Positions 25,963 to 36,784 of a DNA stretch of 64,000 nucleotides are shown piece after piece. The notes under the pieces are model-generated. The model was not told the DNA's origin and made no database searches. It saw only the letters and a program-made list of their open reading frames with translations. Position 1 is the first letter of the stretch; every line of letters starts with the position of its first letter. A program made the translations under genes and the position numbers. This DNA comes from a virus (taxonomy: Duplodnaviria; Caudoviricetes): positions 1 to 64,000 of the IMG/VR virus record IMGVR_UViG_3300033073_001635, one strand, 5' to 3'.

Positions 25963-26318
25963 CTACTAGAGGAAGAGGCGCAAGAATCAAAGGTGCAAGT
26001 TTCGAAAGAGAACTTGCAAAATATATTGCTGAAAAAACAGGACTTGAAGCAAAAAGAGGTTTAGGTCAAGCTAGAGTTGGTGGCAAAGAGATTGCAGATG
26101 TTGAAGTAGAATACATTCATGTAGAAGCTAAACGTCAAATTAAATGTAATATTAAAGCTGCAATGAGACAAGCAATTGATGATTGCGCATTAAAAAATAA
26201 ACTTCCTGCTGCAATTACAAAAGATGATAGAGAAGAAGCATTAGTTACAATGCTTCTTGATGATTGGATTCAATTATTTAAAGCGTATATAGAACAACAA
26301 AAAAACAATGCAAACTAA
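25959..26318 (+). CDS. Holliday junction resolvase (Hjc-like PD-(D/E)xK)
   Basis: KGASFERELA...IADV...HVEAKRQ. Confidence 0.8.
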   Translation: MTTRGRGARIKGASFERELAKYIAEKTGLEAKRGLGQARVGGKEIADVEVEYIHVEAKRQIKCNIKAAMRQAIDDCALKNKLPAAITKDDREEALVTMLLDDWIQLFKAYIEQQKNNAN

Positions 26319-27042
26319 AATTTTTCCTACTGATTCAATTCCTATTAAAATAGATTGTGACTATAAAGTATTCGTATATCATTATAAAAGAGGTAAAGAA
26401 CATGAAGAGTCACTTTTATTTTTGTTAAAAACTTTTGAAGAGACTTTTAAATACTGGGCAAGAATAATAAAAAATAAAAATCTTTACGAAGATTTTACAA
26501 TGTATAGTGTTTTTAAATTTTTAGATAAAGATGACAGACCAATAGGTACAGTAGAAGAAAAATTAAAGATTTACTTAAAATATAACAAACTATCAGATGT
26601 TAAAGTTTATGATGATATCGTTTTTTGTTTTTTAGAAATTTATCAAAAAGTGGGTATAGATAAGAGTTCTTATTATATGAATCCAAGAAAATTAATATAT
26701 CATATAGCTATGGAAATGAAATATGCAATTTTTATACATATTAGAAAAATCAATCAATTATGTAAAAGAGACTTGCACTTTCATAAAAACTCTTTATATT
26801 TTACTGATAGACAAACTTCTTACGAAGAGAATATAGATTTAGTTCTAACTTTTGATCAAATTGATTCTATAAGTAATTGGATTAAGTATTTATTTTTCTT
26901 AATTAAAGAAGGTTACACTATAAAACAAAGATGTGAATTATTAAATTTAACGCCAAAACAATTAGCCCAAGAGGAAAACGTAATATGGCAACTACTAAGA
27001 CAGAAGCAATTAAACAACTTGAATCCGCAGGATCTAGTGTAG
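26308..27042 (+). CDS. hypothetical protein, possibly a divergent sigma-factor-like regulator
   Basis: Helical protein with a C-terminal region-4-like HTH (EGYTIKQRCELLNLTPKQL). Confidence 0.4.
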   Translation: MQTKIFPTDSIPIKIDCDYKVFVYHYKRGKEHEESLLFLLKTFEETFKYWARIIKNKNLYEDFTMYSVFKFLDKDDRPIGTVEEKLKIYLKYNKLSDVKVYDDIVFCFLEIYQKVGIDKSSYYMNPRKLIYHIAMEMKYAIFIHIRKINQLCKRDLHFHKNSLYFTDRQTSYEENIDLVLTFDQIDSISNWIKYLFFLIKEGYTIKQRCELLNLTPKQLAQEENVIWQLLRQKQLNNLNPQDLV

Positions 27043-27482
27043 CACACCAACAAGCTTTAGTTAAAAAACTTGCTGGTACACAATTGCAAAAACAAATCAA
27101 ACATGTAATCCCTGGTGGAAAACATTTAACAGAACAAGTAAGTAAAGAAGCTTTAGCAGATACAATCTTTACTTGGTTGAGAAGAGTAAGATATTTTAAA
27201 GATGTAACTTTATCTATGTGTAAAGATAACTCTAAACTTACTTTAAATTCTGCACAGGTTGTTGATTTTGATTCTAAATCCCCTCAATTAGAATGGGATG
27301 TTAAAGGAAAGAAATGGCTTGCAGAAAGAATGGCAGATGTGTTAAAAGAAGATAAGATTGTAGCTGTTACAGCTACAAAAACAGGACTTACTGCATATCA
27401 ATTAGTTGGAGAAGAATTTACTCCTGCACATGATTTGTGGGAACCAAATCTAACATTCACCCCTTTTAAACCAGGATTTTAA
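26985..27482 (+). CDS. hypothetical protein (possible structural protein)
   Basis: 165 aa with GAGGA SD. Confidence 0.6.
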   Translation: MATTKTEAIKQLESAGSSVAHQQALVKKLAGTQLQKQIKHVIPGGKHLTEQVSKEALADTIFTWLRRVRYFKDVTLSMCKDNSKLTLNSAQVVDFDSKSPQLEWDVKGKKWLAERMADVLKEDKIVAVTATKTGLTAYQLVGEEFTPAHDLWEPNLTFTPFKPGF

Positions 27483-27486
27483 TATT

Positions 27487-27813
27487 ATGTATTTTTCAAG
27501 CAGAACAGACAAGACAAAGATTATTCAATTACAAAATCAAATTGAATCACTACAAGCTACAATCAATAACAAAACTGTATCTTCAGATACTGAATTACAA
27601 AAACAAATTTCTAAACTTTTAGAAGAAAACAAATCTCTTCGAGATGAAATTGCTTTACTTAAAAGCAAAACAGAATCAGTAGTTATTTCAGATTCAGAAG
27701 AAACATTAACTCTTCAAGATGAAATCTCAGAAGAAACTTCAAGTGTTGAAGAATCTGAATTAGATAATTCTAAGAAAGTTAAAACTACTAAAAAAGGAAA
27801 TATTAAAAAATGA
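27487..27813 (+). CDS. coiled-coil protein
   Basis: Heptad pattern with an acidic then basic tail. Confidence 0.6.
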   Translation: MYFSSRTDKTKIIQLQNQIESLQATINNKTVSSDTELQKQISKLLEENKSLRDEIALLKSKTESVVISDSEETLTLQDEISEETSSVEESELDNSKKVKTTKKGNIKK

Positions 27814-27986
27814 GTTGTAATTGTAGTGGAAAAGTAGATGAGAAGACAGAAGTAGAAAAGAAAAAAGAATCTTTAGAATCTGCTGTTGAACGAATCTCTA
27901 GAAAACTATTAGAAATTGAACAAAAATTTGCTGCAAGGCAAAAACAAGACAACAATAATAACTTGAGTTTTTATGATAGAAAATAA
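27810..27986 (+). CDS. 58-aa small protein with N-terminal CxC (absent from the ORF track)
   Basis: MSCNCSGKVDEKTEVEKKKESLESAVERISRKLLEIEQKFAARQ...; ATGA overlap; fills the gap. Confidence 0.55.
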   Translation: MSCNCSGKVDEKTEVEKKKESLESAVERISRKLLEIEQKFAARQKQDNNNNLSFYDRK

Positions 27987-28572
27987 TCTTACAGTAGTAA
28001 TTATGGGTGGTGGCAAAGGTAAAAGACTTGGAATTCCAAAAGTATTTTATCAATTTAGAGGAAAAGCTTTATGGTCGATAATTTATGATAAGTTTAGTGA
28101 ATTTACTAAAAATATAATCATTGTTGGTTTAGATATAGATTCCGCTTCAACTAGAAAAGAATCTCTTTTACTTGCTCTAAAACAAGTAAAAACAGACAAG
28201 GTTTTAGTAGTAGATATTAATATGCCTTTACTAACTTTGAATAGTATTCAAAAAATTATTGAAAAAGTAAACTATGATTCTGTTTCAGCAGTTACATGGT
28301 TAGACGAGACAGTTTACGATCATTCATCAAAAACATTTATCTCTAATCCACAAAAATGTATAATTGAGCCACTACAATTATTTCATAAAGATTTGCTTAT
28401 TGAATGTCTTTTAAAAGACACAAATAAAGACGAAACAGAATTCTCAAGTATAATTTTTGATCAAACTGGAATATTGCCAATTATGGTTGAGATTCCTAAA
28501 TTAGAAACTTACAAACTAATAAATAAAAATGATGCTCATATTATAGATAATATGATGAAAGCTAGTCGATAG
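27973..28572 (+). CDS. IspD/MobA-like nucleotidyltransferase (GT-A fold)
   Basis: VVIMGGGKGKRLGIPKVF, TRKESL, VLVVD...PL, PLQLF, KLINKND. Confidence 0.75.
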   Translation: MIENNLTVVIMGGGKGKRLGIPKVFYQFRGKALWSIIYDKFSEFTKNIIIVGLDIDSASTRKESLLLALKQVKTDKVLVVDINMPLLTLNSIQKIIEKVNYDSVSAVTWLDETVYDHSSKTFISNPQKCIIEPLQLFHKDLLIECLLKDTNKDETEFSSIIFDQTGILPIMVEIPKLETYKLINKNDAHIIDNMMKASR

Positions 28573-28786
28573 GCGGAAGATCTTCTAGTATTGAAACTCT
28601 TTTTTCAAGAGACGAGACAATCGTTTTTAACCTTTCAATCTCTGTAACCAATACAGAATATATTTCTTGAACTTGAGTAAGAGAAACGAATCTTTGATGC
28701 GCAATCATTAAATCTTTCACTCTTTCTTCAAGGTTGCTTATTCTATTTAAAACAATAGCGTCATATTTGTTTTGAGGATCAATCAT
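28562..28786 (-). CDS. small coiled-coil protein, last gene of the structural operon
   Basis: 74 aa with AAGGA SD; its stop overlaps the convergent + strand gene. Confidence 0.65.
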   Translation of the reverse strand: MIDPQNKYDAIVLNRISNLEERVKDLMIAHQRFVSLTQVQEIYSVLVTEIERLKTIVSSLEKRVSILEDLPPID

Positions 28787-28796
28787 ATTATTTTCC

Positions 28797-29120
28797 TTAA
28801 AATAGTTTTGTTACAATACCACCAATGATACCGCCAATAGAAGTAAATGCAAATTTCTCAGCAATACTTACTTTTAAATCATTTATTTTTTCATTTTGTT
28901 CAGATTCTGTTTTCTGTAATTCAGAAACATCATCTTCTAAATGTTTAATTCTAGCTTCAAGATTTACGCCTCTATTATTAATAGCTTGTATATCTTTATG
29001 CATTGATGTAAGCAACATTTTTATATCTGTTGTTTGAGCATCTATTTTATTCTCTAATTGACCAACTCTATAGTCTAATAAAACTTGAGTAGGATCTGTA
29101 TATTTTTGATTATCTGACAT
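28797..29120 (-). CDS. coiled coil with C-terminal hydrophobic helix (XhlA/holin-like architecture)
   Basis: Likely start MSDNQK at 29120 with GGAGG SD. C-terminal FAFTSIGGIIGGIVTKLF. Confidence 0.55.
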   Translation of the reverse strand: MSDNQKYTDPTQVLLDYRVGQLENKIDAQTTDIKMLLTSMHKDIQAINNRGVNLEARIKHLEDDVSELQKTESEQNEKINDLKVSIAEKFAFTSIGGIIGGIVTKLF

Positions 29121-29179
29121 GGCAGCCTCCAATAAAAAGTAAAGCACATTAATTTTTATACCATGTTTCAAAATCAAAA

Positions 29180-31711
29180 TTAAACTATAACTGCAGTTAT
29201 ATTCCCTATTAAACCAGAACCTGGATGTTCTGGTTGATCAACGCAAATTATACCAAACCATGCTCCAGAAGGTACAATAGCACCGTTATTAGTAATTGAA
29301 ACTCCAACATTTAAAGGTAAATGTTTTGGAGATGGAGCAAATCTAGTGTCAAATTGAATAGCTGAACCACCTAATAAAGGAACCCAAACAGATCCTAATT
29401 CTTGGTCATTTTGAGTAAAACTAGAGCTACACTTTACTAACAAGAAAGAATAATCATTTGTTGTAACTCCTTTTGAACCACCTTCACACATAGTTAAATC
29501 AATATAAGTAATTTTAATATCAGAACCAGTATTATTTCTCCAAAGCAAAGTAGGTTGCAAAGAAATTTGATCTAAATTGTTAATTTCTAATATACCATCT
29601 TTATATGGAGTATCGTTTCCGGTAAGATGATCTATATTTGAATCCTTTGCTGCAACATATATTGTATGTTCTGCTCTTTGAGAAAAGACTAATTTATTTT
29701 TAACAGTAGTAGATATCTGAATATTTTGACTACCATCAAAAGAAGCAGAACCAGAAACTTCTCCAGTTAATTCAATGTTAACTGGTGCTGCAATTTTTGT
29801 TGCAGTAGCAGCATTACCACTTAAATTAGCATATAAAGGATGTGTAAATTGCCATTGATCTAATGTTTCGTTCCAAATCATTTTACTTGCAGTAGAACTA
29901 CCTCTATTAACTTCAATAGCAGTAATATCTAAAGAAGGAACTGTAGGTCCCATATTAGAATTTAAATATAAGCCTCTAGTAAAACCAGTACCTGAATTAG
30001 CTACATTAAAACTGCCACTATAAACAGTTGAAGTACCTGTGACTTGAGTAGGATTAGAAAGAATAATTAATCCAGCATCTGATTTTAAAATTAAATTTCC
30101 ATTCTTACTTTCGATACCAGTTTCGTTTGGACTAATTCCAATTTTAAGATAATCAGTTTCAATACCATTACTAAATGTTTTTAAACCTAAAACAGTTTGA
30201 TCAACAGCACCTGTACTAACTAATCCGGAAGCAGTAGTTGTCATTGACACGTTTGCACTACCATCAAATGAAACAGTACCAGAAACAGCACCAGTTAAAG
30301 CAATATTTTTAGCAATCTTTAATTTTGTTGCAGTAGCAGCGTTTCCATTAACTTCATTACAAGTCATATTAGAACAAACAATATCTCCACTTGCATTCCT
30401 TAAAACTAAATAGTTAGGAGTATTTGCGTATGCTGCCTGTACTGATATTTGAGGATTTGTAGAACTGCCTCCAATAACTACAGGAGTAATAGCAGTAACT
30501 CCAACTACAGCATTTGGATTTCCAGGAGATACTTCAATATAAGTAGTGCCTGACCAACGGTAAATTATATTAGTAGCTAAATCAACATAGATTTTACTTG
30601 TAGAACCTGTAGTAGGAAAACTAGCAAAATTATTATATTCTAAAACGTCATCTACATAAGATGGTAAGTAACTACTTTCAATCAATCCAGAAGAATTTAA
30701 AGGAACAACACCATTGGCTTGACCTTTTTGAGAAATATTAATTGCATCAGTAATTCCATAATCAAGTAAAGTAGTTGCTTCAACAGAATTTGTAACTCTA
30801 CCAAATTCATCAACTGTTACTTTTGTATAAGTTCCTCCAGTAATACCTGATTCAGCTAAAGAAATGTTTATTGTTTTATTATGAATTCCATCATTTACTG
30901 TTTGTTTAACTAATTCATCCGCAACTGTAATTGATTCAATATAATTACCACTAGTATCATCAGCTAAAGAAATTACTTTATTAACAAATTCCGAACCATT
31001 AAATACTAAAGATTCATGATTTAAAGGCGAATCTATTATTACATCTAATAAATCATTTAATTCTAATTCTATCGCTGCTTTATTTATTTTTAAATTAAAT
31101 CCAACATGAGACGAGTTATCTAATATAGATAGATTATCAGAACTTTGTCCAGTAATAAGCTGATTGTATACTTGATATAATAATGAAGATACAGTAAATG
31201 TTGGTACTAACGCGTCTTCATCTACAGTAACTAGATGATGACTTAATTTTTCATTACCATATGATTCATAAAATAATTGATAAATTCTTTTAGAGAGTAA
31301 ATCAATTTGATCTTGAATTGTAGTATCTTGAACTTGATCAATAGCAGCAGCTGTTTCTAATGCAGTTACTTTATTTAAAATAAAATCAAAAGATTCTTTT
31401 ATTGTAGTAGGTCTGCCATTGTTAGCTGTTGACCAATACAATCCTGTCTCATTGCTGCTATTTCCAGCAGCAATTGAATAACTTAATAAAGAAGCTCCAG
31501 ACAAACCATATTGTATTGGATCCATATAAATTGGACCACTTGGTAATCCTAGAAATAAAGGATATAAAACTTCATTTATATAATTGCTAATTGATATTAA
31601 ATCAGTTTTAGTTTTAGCAATATTTACAGATAAAGCATTCTTACTATCAATATTAATATTACCAGAAGCGTATGAGAAAACTTTATTATTTAATTGTGAG
31701 ATATAAGCCAT
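29180..31711 (-). CDS. tail fibre protein
   Basis: GTYTKVTVDEFGRVT and TTLLDYGITDA fibre repeats, LPSYVDDVLEY...YRWSG, and two GNAATATK...LTGxVSGxxSFDGSxN repeats. Confidence 0.85.
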   Translation of the reverse strand: MAYISQLNNKVFSYASGNINIDSKNALSVNIAKTKTDLISISNYINEVLYPLFLGLPSGPIYMDPIQYGLSGASLLSYSIAAGNSSNETGLYWSTANNGRPTTIKESFDFILNKVTALETAAAIDQVQDTTIQDQIDLLSKRIYQLFYESYGNEKLSHHLVTVDEDALVPTFTVSSLLYQVYNQLITGQSSDNLSILDNSSHVGFNLKINKAAIELELNDLLDVIIDSPLNHESLVFNGSEFVNKVISLADDTSGNYIESITVADELVKQTVNDGIHNKTINISLAESGITGGTYTKVTVDEFGRVTNSVEATTLLDYGITDAINISQKGQANGVVPLNSSGLIESSYLPSYVDDVLEYNNFASFPTTGSTSKIYVDLATNIIYRWSGTTYIEVSPGNPNAVVGVTAITPVVIGGSSTNPQISVQAAYANTPNYLVLRNASGDIVCSNMTCNEVNGNAATATKLKIAKNIALTGAVSGTVSFDGSANVSMTTTASGLVSTGAVDQTVLGLKTFSNGIETDYLKIGISPNETGIESKNGNLILKSDAGLIILSNPTQVTGTSTVYSGSFNVANSGTGFTRGLYLNSNMGPTVPSLDITAIEVNRGSSTASKMIWNETLDQWQFTHPLYANLSGNAATATKIAAPVNIELTGEVSGSASFDGSQNIQISTTVKNKLVFSQRAEHTIYVAAKDSNIDHLTGNDTPYKDGILEINNLDQISLQPTLLWRNNTGSDIKITYIDLTMCEGGSKGVTTNDYSFLLVKCSSSFTQNDQELGSVWVPLLGGSAIQFDTRFAPSPKHLPLNVGVSITNNGAIVPSGAWFGIICVDQPEHPGSGLIGNITAVIV

Positions 31712-33802
31712 TTAGATAACCCTCATTTGTACTGTATCTATTTTAGGTGTTATGAATTTATTTGAGCTTTTTAAAACAGCCTTTAAATACAATCTATTTT
31801 CAGGAGTTTCATTGTAGCTTTTACTTTTGTATTCTAAACTAAAAAGCTCTTTTGTTAAATCATTTGATTGTTTTTTTACTTTAATAAAAGTTCCATGACT
31901 ATTCTTTATTAAAGTAAAAATTTGATAATTAGATTCAGAATCAAAAATAAATCTTTCAGGAATTGTATAATTACATTTATATTTAAAAGAATTTCCTTTT
32001 TTTATGTATGGCTTCTCTCCAGAAAAACCATTTTTATAAGGATACCCTTTTATTAAATACCTATGATTATAAGGGTAAAAATCTTTATCAAAATTTTTAA
32101 AATTAGTGCTATTATTTAAAGCATTTTTGTTTAAATAAATAGTTTTAGATAACAAAATATTAACAGATTGATTACTTACTATCTTGTGTGTCCCTTTTGC
32201 AAAATAAACTTCACCAGAAAGGTCTCTTCCATTAACATTTAATGGATGAGCACCTACATCTAAATAAATACCATCTAAATCATCTACTACAAAATTAGTA
32301 ACCCATTTTGTTCCTTCTTGATACCAACCAGATTCGGAATCATTTATATCTGACATATCTCTATGTAAGATTATTGAAGACTCAACTACTTTCATGTCAT
32401 TATTATTGTTTGTCGAAAAATAATAGTTAAGCAAGGCTTCATTGTCTTCTAGTTCGATACCTAAATTATTCTTTATGCTATTTAAATAGTTTACATTAGG
32501 ATTCGAAACAGATTGATATTTATTTGTTATTAGATAAGGAGTGTTAGAATCATCTATCACTAATTCATGAATTATATCATTTGATTTTTCAAATTGTACA
32601 TATTCCATGCCTGAGTTATCGATGTTGCAATACTTCCAATTAACATTGTCTTTTGATAAATAAAAATTTACAGAACTTTGACTTGGTATAATACAACAAG
32701 TTCCATGTTTCAAAGTAGCAAATGTAAAATTGTATGGTTGATTATTTTCATCAAATATTTCATATGCTTTTGTATAAAGTATAGATTCTTCATCTACAGT
32801 GTATTTTGCAGTTGTAATACCAATAAAATCAACACCAAATGCATAACCATAACTTCTATCTCGTTTGTAATCATAACCTCTTTTTGTAAATACTATTTTA
32901 ATAGCACGCAATGAAGTTTGATAAATGTCAAAAAAGTTTGCTCCATTTTTTGGTTCTAAATCTGAATCATACTCTAGTTTTATAAAATTAGAATTATCTA
33001 AAGAATAATAAACATTAATATTAGTTTTCGAAGATCCACTATTCGAACGACAAACTATTTTTAATTTATCTATTTTAGTAGTATTACTACCATCTAAATT
33101 TATATGAATTGCAAAATCAACAATACTATCTTGTTTACTAGTATAAGCTACATGTTCAAAAAATGCACCATCTTCGCTCAATATATTTCTTACATTAAAT
33201 AAATCTCGTCTGTCTATTACATCGTCAGTTCTACTACTAGAAAAATAATCTATATTTACATTTTGAAAACTTGTGCTTTCTACTTCTAATAAACCTAAAG
33301 TAACTCTACCATCTTCTAAAATAGAAATACTAGATTTACTAAAATCTACATTATTATTATGATTGTCGAAGTTTTCGACAACACCATAAGTAAACGCATC
33401 ACTTTTATTACTTAATAAAAGTTCTTTATTAATTTCTAATTCTAAAAGTTTTAAATTTTTATAATGCCGATCTTGTGATATTGTTATAGTCTTAAAATAA
33501 TTTTCAACACTATTAATTAAAGCTAAATATTCATTTCTTAAAACTTCTAAATCTTTAGTTACAAAATGCAGCATATTATTAAAATTAGAAGATGATATTT
33601 CTTCATTTACATTTTGAAATCTTGAAAATTCAGAATCAAAATAAACATTTAAACCATCAACTAATAAATTCTTTTTAGTTTTGTTTCTAAAATTTAAAAT
33701 TTTTTCATTTAAATATTCTTGAGTTGGTAATCTTTTATTTTCAGATAGAAATTTTTTAATTTCATATTCTTTTGCAGTTTGGAAAAAGCTTTGATTTTTC
33801 AT
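31712..33802 (-). CDS. baseplate-region structural protein (paralog family member)
   Basis: N-terminal coiled coil plus beta-sandwich-like domains; operon context. Confidence 0.6.
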   Translation of the reverse strand: MKNQSFFQTAKEYEIKKFLSENKRLPTQEYLNEKILNFRNKTKKNLLVDGLNVYFDSEFSRFQNVNEEISSSNFNNMLHFVTKDLEVLRNEYLALINSVENYFKTITISQDRHYKNLKLLELEINKELLLSNKSDAFTYGVVENFDNHNNNVDFSKSSISILEDGRVTLGLLEVESTSFQNVNIDYFSSSRTDDVIDRRDLFNVRNILSEDGAFFEHVAYTSKQDSIVDFAIHINLDGSNTTKIDKLKIVCRSNSGSSKTNINVYYSLDNSNFIKLEYDSDLEPKNGANFFDIYQTSLRAIKIVFTKRGYDYKRDRSYGYAFGVDFIGITTAKYTVDEESILYTKAYEIFDENNQPYNFTFATLKHGTCCIIPSQSSVNFYLSKDNVNWKYCNIDNSGMEYVQFEKSNDIIHELVIDDSNTPYLITNKYQSVSNPNVNYLNSIKNNLGIELEDNEALLNYYFSTNNNNDMKVVESSIILHRDMSDINDSESGWYQEGTKWVTNFVVDDLDGIYLDVGAHPLNVNGRDLSGEVYFAKGTHKIVSNQSVNILLSKTIYLNKNALNNSTNFKNFDKDFYPYNHRYLIKGYPYKNGFSGEKPYIKKGNSFKYKCNYTIPERFIFDSESNYQIFTLIKNSHGTFIKVKKQSNDLTKELFSLEYKSKSYNETPENRLYLKAVLKSSNKFITPKIDTVQMRVI

Positions 33803-36784
33803 TTAATTAAATCCTATATTAATAGAATATAACAAAGGACTGAAATATTCTTTAAGAGCTTCTATGTTTATACCATCTTTATTTTGATTATAAAATATTT
33901 TAACAGACTTCTCTTCGTTGTTAATCTCATCTAAATCTTGAATAACAATATTACCATTTATTTCATCATATTCCCATTTATTCAAATACTTAATTAAAGA
34001 GTACTCTGCATACAAATCACAAACTAAACCTTTGGCTTTGAATAAACTACTTAAAGGTTTATTAGTATGCAAAATGCATTTTTCATAATCAATTGAATAT
34101 TTGAAGAATTGCTGTTCAGTATTTTTTTGAGAAGAATATCTGCATGTAAAATTATTACTATGATTAGAATATATTCTTTTATCTACTAAAATCACACATA
34201 ATAGAGATTCAGGATTATAATACCCTTTACTTACTAAAGGATCTATCATTTGATTCATATTCTCTAGTGTTAGGTTTTCAGTGCGTTTTAAATTTGTAAT
34301 TAAATTACCTCTGGAATCTAAAGCATCTACATTATAAACTTGATCATCAAAAGGAATTCTAGAAATTCTAAATATAAATTTATAATAATATTCTTCAAAT
34401 AAATCATTCTCATCAAAATATTCATCATTTAGTTTTTCATTTAAATGATCTAAAGATTGAAATTCTAAGTAACCGTTTATAAATTGAACTTCTTTTGGAT
34501 TCTTTGCAAAATAAATTATATCTTCATCGGCATCATTGTAAAAGTTTTCAAATAAGTTTTCGAAAACAATACTACCTCTAATATAATTATCTTTTTGAAA
34601 TTTGCATAATCTTAAAAAACGAGAATCATAGAATTTTTCTATATCAACTTCTCTAAAAAGTTCATTTCTAGAATCGTTAAAAAATAATCCTACTGCATTT
34701 TTTTCTTTAAAATAAATTTCAAAGGCATCTTTTTGAATTTCAACTTTATCTTTATAATAATATTTGCATTTTAAAATTGAGTTCTTTAATTCTTCAGAAA
34801 AGATTTGCATAGTACCTGATTCAGCATCTAATAAGAAATCATCTCTAGTAGGTACTAATTCAAAAGTTAAACCATCTTGAGAAGTAAATAATTGAAATGT
34901 TACATCTGAAATATTAGATTTACTTAAATTATAATAACCATCTGAATCTGGTGGAAATAAATCTGTTTCCTGATTACTGTTTGAATACTGGTATATTTCA
35001 ATATTATTTTTATCATAATCAAATGAATTTTTAAATTCACAAAAGAAACCATTATTAACTTTATTTAAAATTAAATTTTTAGGTTTAATTCTAAAAGTAA
35101 ATTTTTTAAAACCTGGATCATCAGTATATTTTATGTGTATTCTTTGCTGATCTGGATAAAGATAATATTTTCCATAACTGACTTCGTTTAAATCATTTAC
35201 TCTTTCCCATAAAATATTATCGCAATAAATCAAAAGTTCAGATAATAATATTTTAAAATCTTTTAAAGAAAATTTTAAATCAAAAATTAAATCAACAATA
35301 TTACTTCCTGGTAAGATTGAACCTAATTTTAAATTTTTATTATTATTACTGGTTACATTTGCAATTTTAGTTTCTGCAACTTTTAAAGTGTCTTCTATGA
35401 ATTTATTTTGAAAATCTATATAAGCAGGACTAGAACCAGAGTTTATTCTTCTTGAAAATGAAAATATGTTAAACAAACTAATGTTTTCTTCATAATTATC
35501 AGCTGTTGAAAATCCTTCTTCATTTCTAATTAATTCAAATTCATATTTAAAATCTTTTGCATTAAAGTCCAAGAAACTCAAAATTGATTTATGTAAATTT
35601 TTTTCAAAATCAAATTGCTTATATTTACTGCCATTATCTTCGGTATATTTTAAAGTATAATTATAAAGACTCTTTGATTTAGGATATATATCAATCCAGC
35701 TTTCAACAGAATTAAAGTTTTCTACATTAGAAATAACAGTAGATTCTATAGTTCCTTTATCTACATACTTTGTTTTAAAAAAACCAATATCTTTAATAGC
35801 TATTTTATAAATCTTCAAATTGGAAACTGAAGATTTTGAATAATTTTTTTGTTCAAAAGTTATACTGATTTTAGAACATTTTACAGGTAAAAATTTAAAT
35901 ATATTTTGAGATTCAGTTGTATTTGTTTTTATTTTAAAGGATTGCTGCTTTTCGTTAAGAAGTTTTTTAATAGATGTCGATAATGGATAATCTGATAAGA
36001 ATAAAACATCTTTTATATAAAAATCAGCATTTCCAAATATTTCAAATGGTATAATTCTAATTTCATTAACAATAGATTCTTCTGATAAACTAAATATTAA
36101 ATTTAAAATTAAAGGCCCTGTTTCTGTTTTAAAATAAGAGAAACCGCTTGAAATATTTCCGTCAATCAAATTATCTAAAAGCGCATTGTTTGATGAATTC
36201 ACTTCTCCACTTAAACCATTACTAGAAGAACCAATAGCAATATCTTTTATCTTTAAAGAAGTTGCTGATATTACAGGTAATGTAGCTAATTCAGAATATG
36301 TATCTATGCTTAAAGATTGTTTATTAGTTAAATTAAAGATATTGTCTAATGTTAAAAAAGTTTCAACAAAAGTAAATCTATAGTTATTTCCACTTTGTTC
36401 AAGTGTATATAATTTCTGTTGAATTCTCTTTATTAAATTTACAATTTGTTTATGCATTAACTCTTGTTTGTTAAAATACATCAACAAAATTGAATTATTG
36501 TTTTGGTTTTCAGAATAAATCCAAGAAGAAAGTAAATTTATTTCTTCAAGCATTGCATTAGATCTAAGAAGTATAGGATTTAAAGATTCATAATTTAACA
36601 TATTCAATGACGAATATTCAGAATGAGATTCTTTTAAAGTTTTTAAATAATCATTATAAAAACTTTCAACAAAATCAAAATCACTTTTGTTTATAGGGTC
36701 TTCTACTTTTACATACTTTTTATAAAAATTAGTTAAACTCAAATTATGAGGTGAAAGCGTGTTGTTATATAATGACATATCCAT
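33803..36784 (-). CDS. baseplate-region structural protein (paralog family member)
   Basis: Coiled coil, FVETF...ATLP, discoidin-like NLIDGN...VNEIRIIPF. Confidence 0.6.
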   Translation of the reverse strand: MDMSLYNNTLSPHNLSLTNFYKKYVKVEDPINKSDFDFVESFYNDYLKTLKESHSEYSSLNMLNYESLNPILLRSNAMLEEINLLSSWIYSENQNNNSILLMYFNKQELMHKQIVNLIKRIQQKLYTLEQSGNNYRFTFVETFLTLDNIFNLTNKQSLSIDTYSELATLPVISATSLKIKDIAIGSSSNGLSGEVNSSNNALLDNLIDGNISSGFSYFKTETGPLILNLIFSLSEESIVNEIRIIPFEIFGNADFYIKDVLFLSDYPLSTSIKKLLNEKQQSFKIKTNTTESQNIFKFLPVKCSKISITFEQKNYSKSSVSNLKIYKIAIKDIGFFKTKYVDKGTIESTVISNVENFNSVESWIDIYPKSKSLYNYTLKYTEDNGSKYKQFDFEKNLHKSILSFLDFNAKDFKYEFELIRNEEGFSTADNYEENISLFNIFSFSRRINSGSSPAYIDFQNKFIEDTLKVAETKIANVTSNNNKNLKLGSILPGSNIVDLIFDLKFSLKDFKILLSELLIYCDNILWERVNDLNEVSYGKYYLYPDQQRIHIKYTDDPGFKKFTFRIKPKNLILNKVNNGFFCEFKNSFDYDKNNIEIYQYSNSNQETDLFPPDSDGYYNLSKSNISDVTFQLFTSQDGLTFELVPTRDDFLLDAESGTMQIFSEELKNSILKCKYYYKDKVEIQKDAFEIYFKEKNAVGLFFNDSRNELFREVDIEKFYDSRFLRLCKFQKDNYIRGSIVFENLFENFYNDADEDIIYFAKNPKEVQFINGYLEFQSLDHLNEKLNDEYFDENDLFEEYYYKFIFRISRIPFDDQVYNVDALDSRGNLITNLKRTENLTLENMNQMIDPLVSKGYYNPESLLCVILVDKRIYSNHSNNFTCRYSSQKNTEQQFFKYSIDYEKCILHTNKPLSSLFKAKGLVCDLYAEYSLIKYLNKWEYDEINGNIVIQDLDEINNEEKSVKIFYNQNKDGINIEALKEYFSPLLYSINIGFN

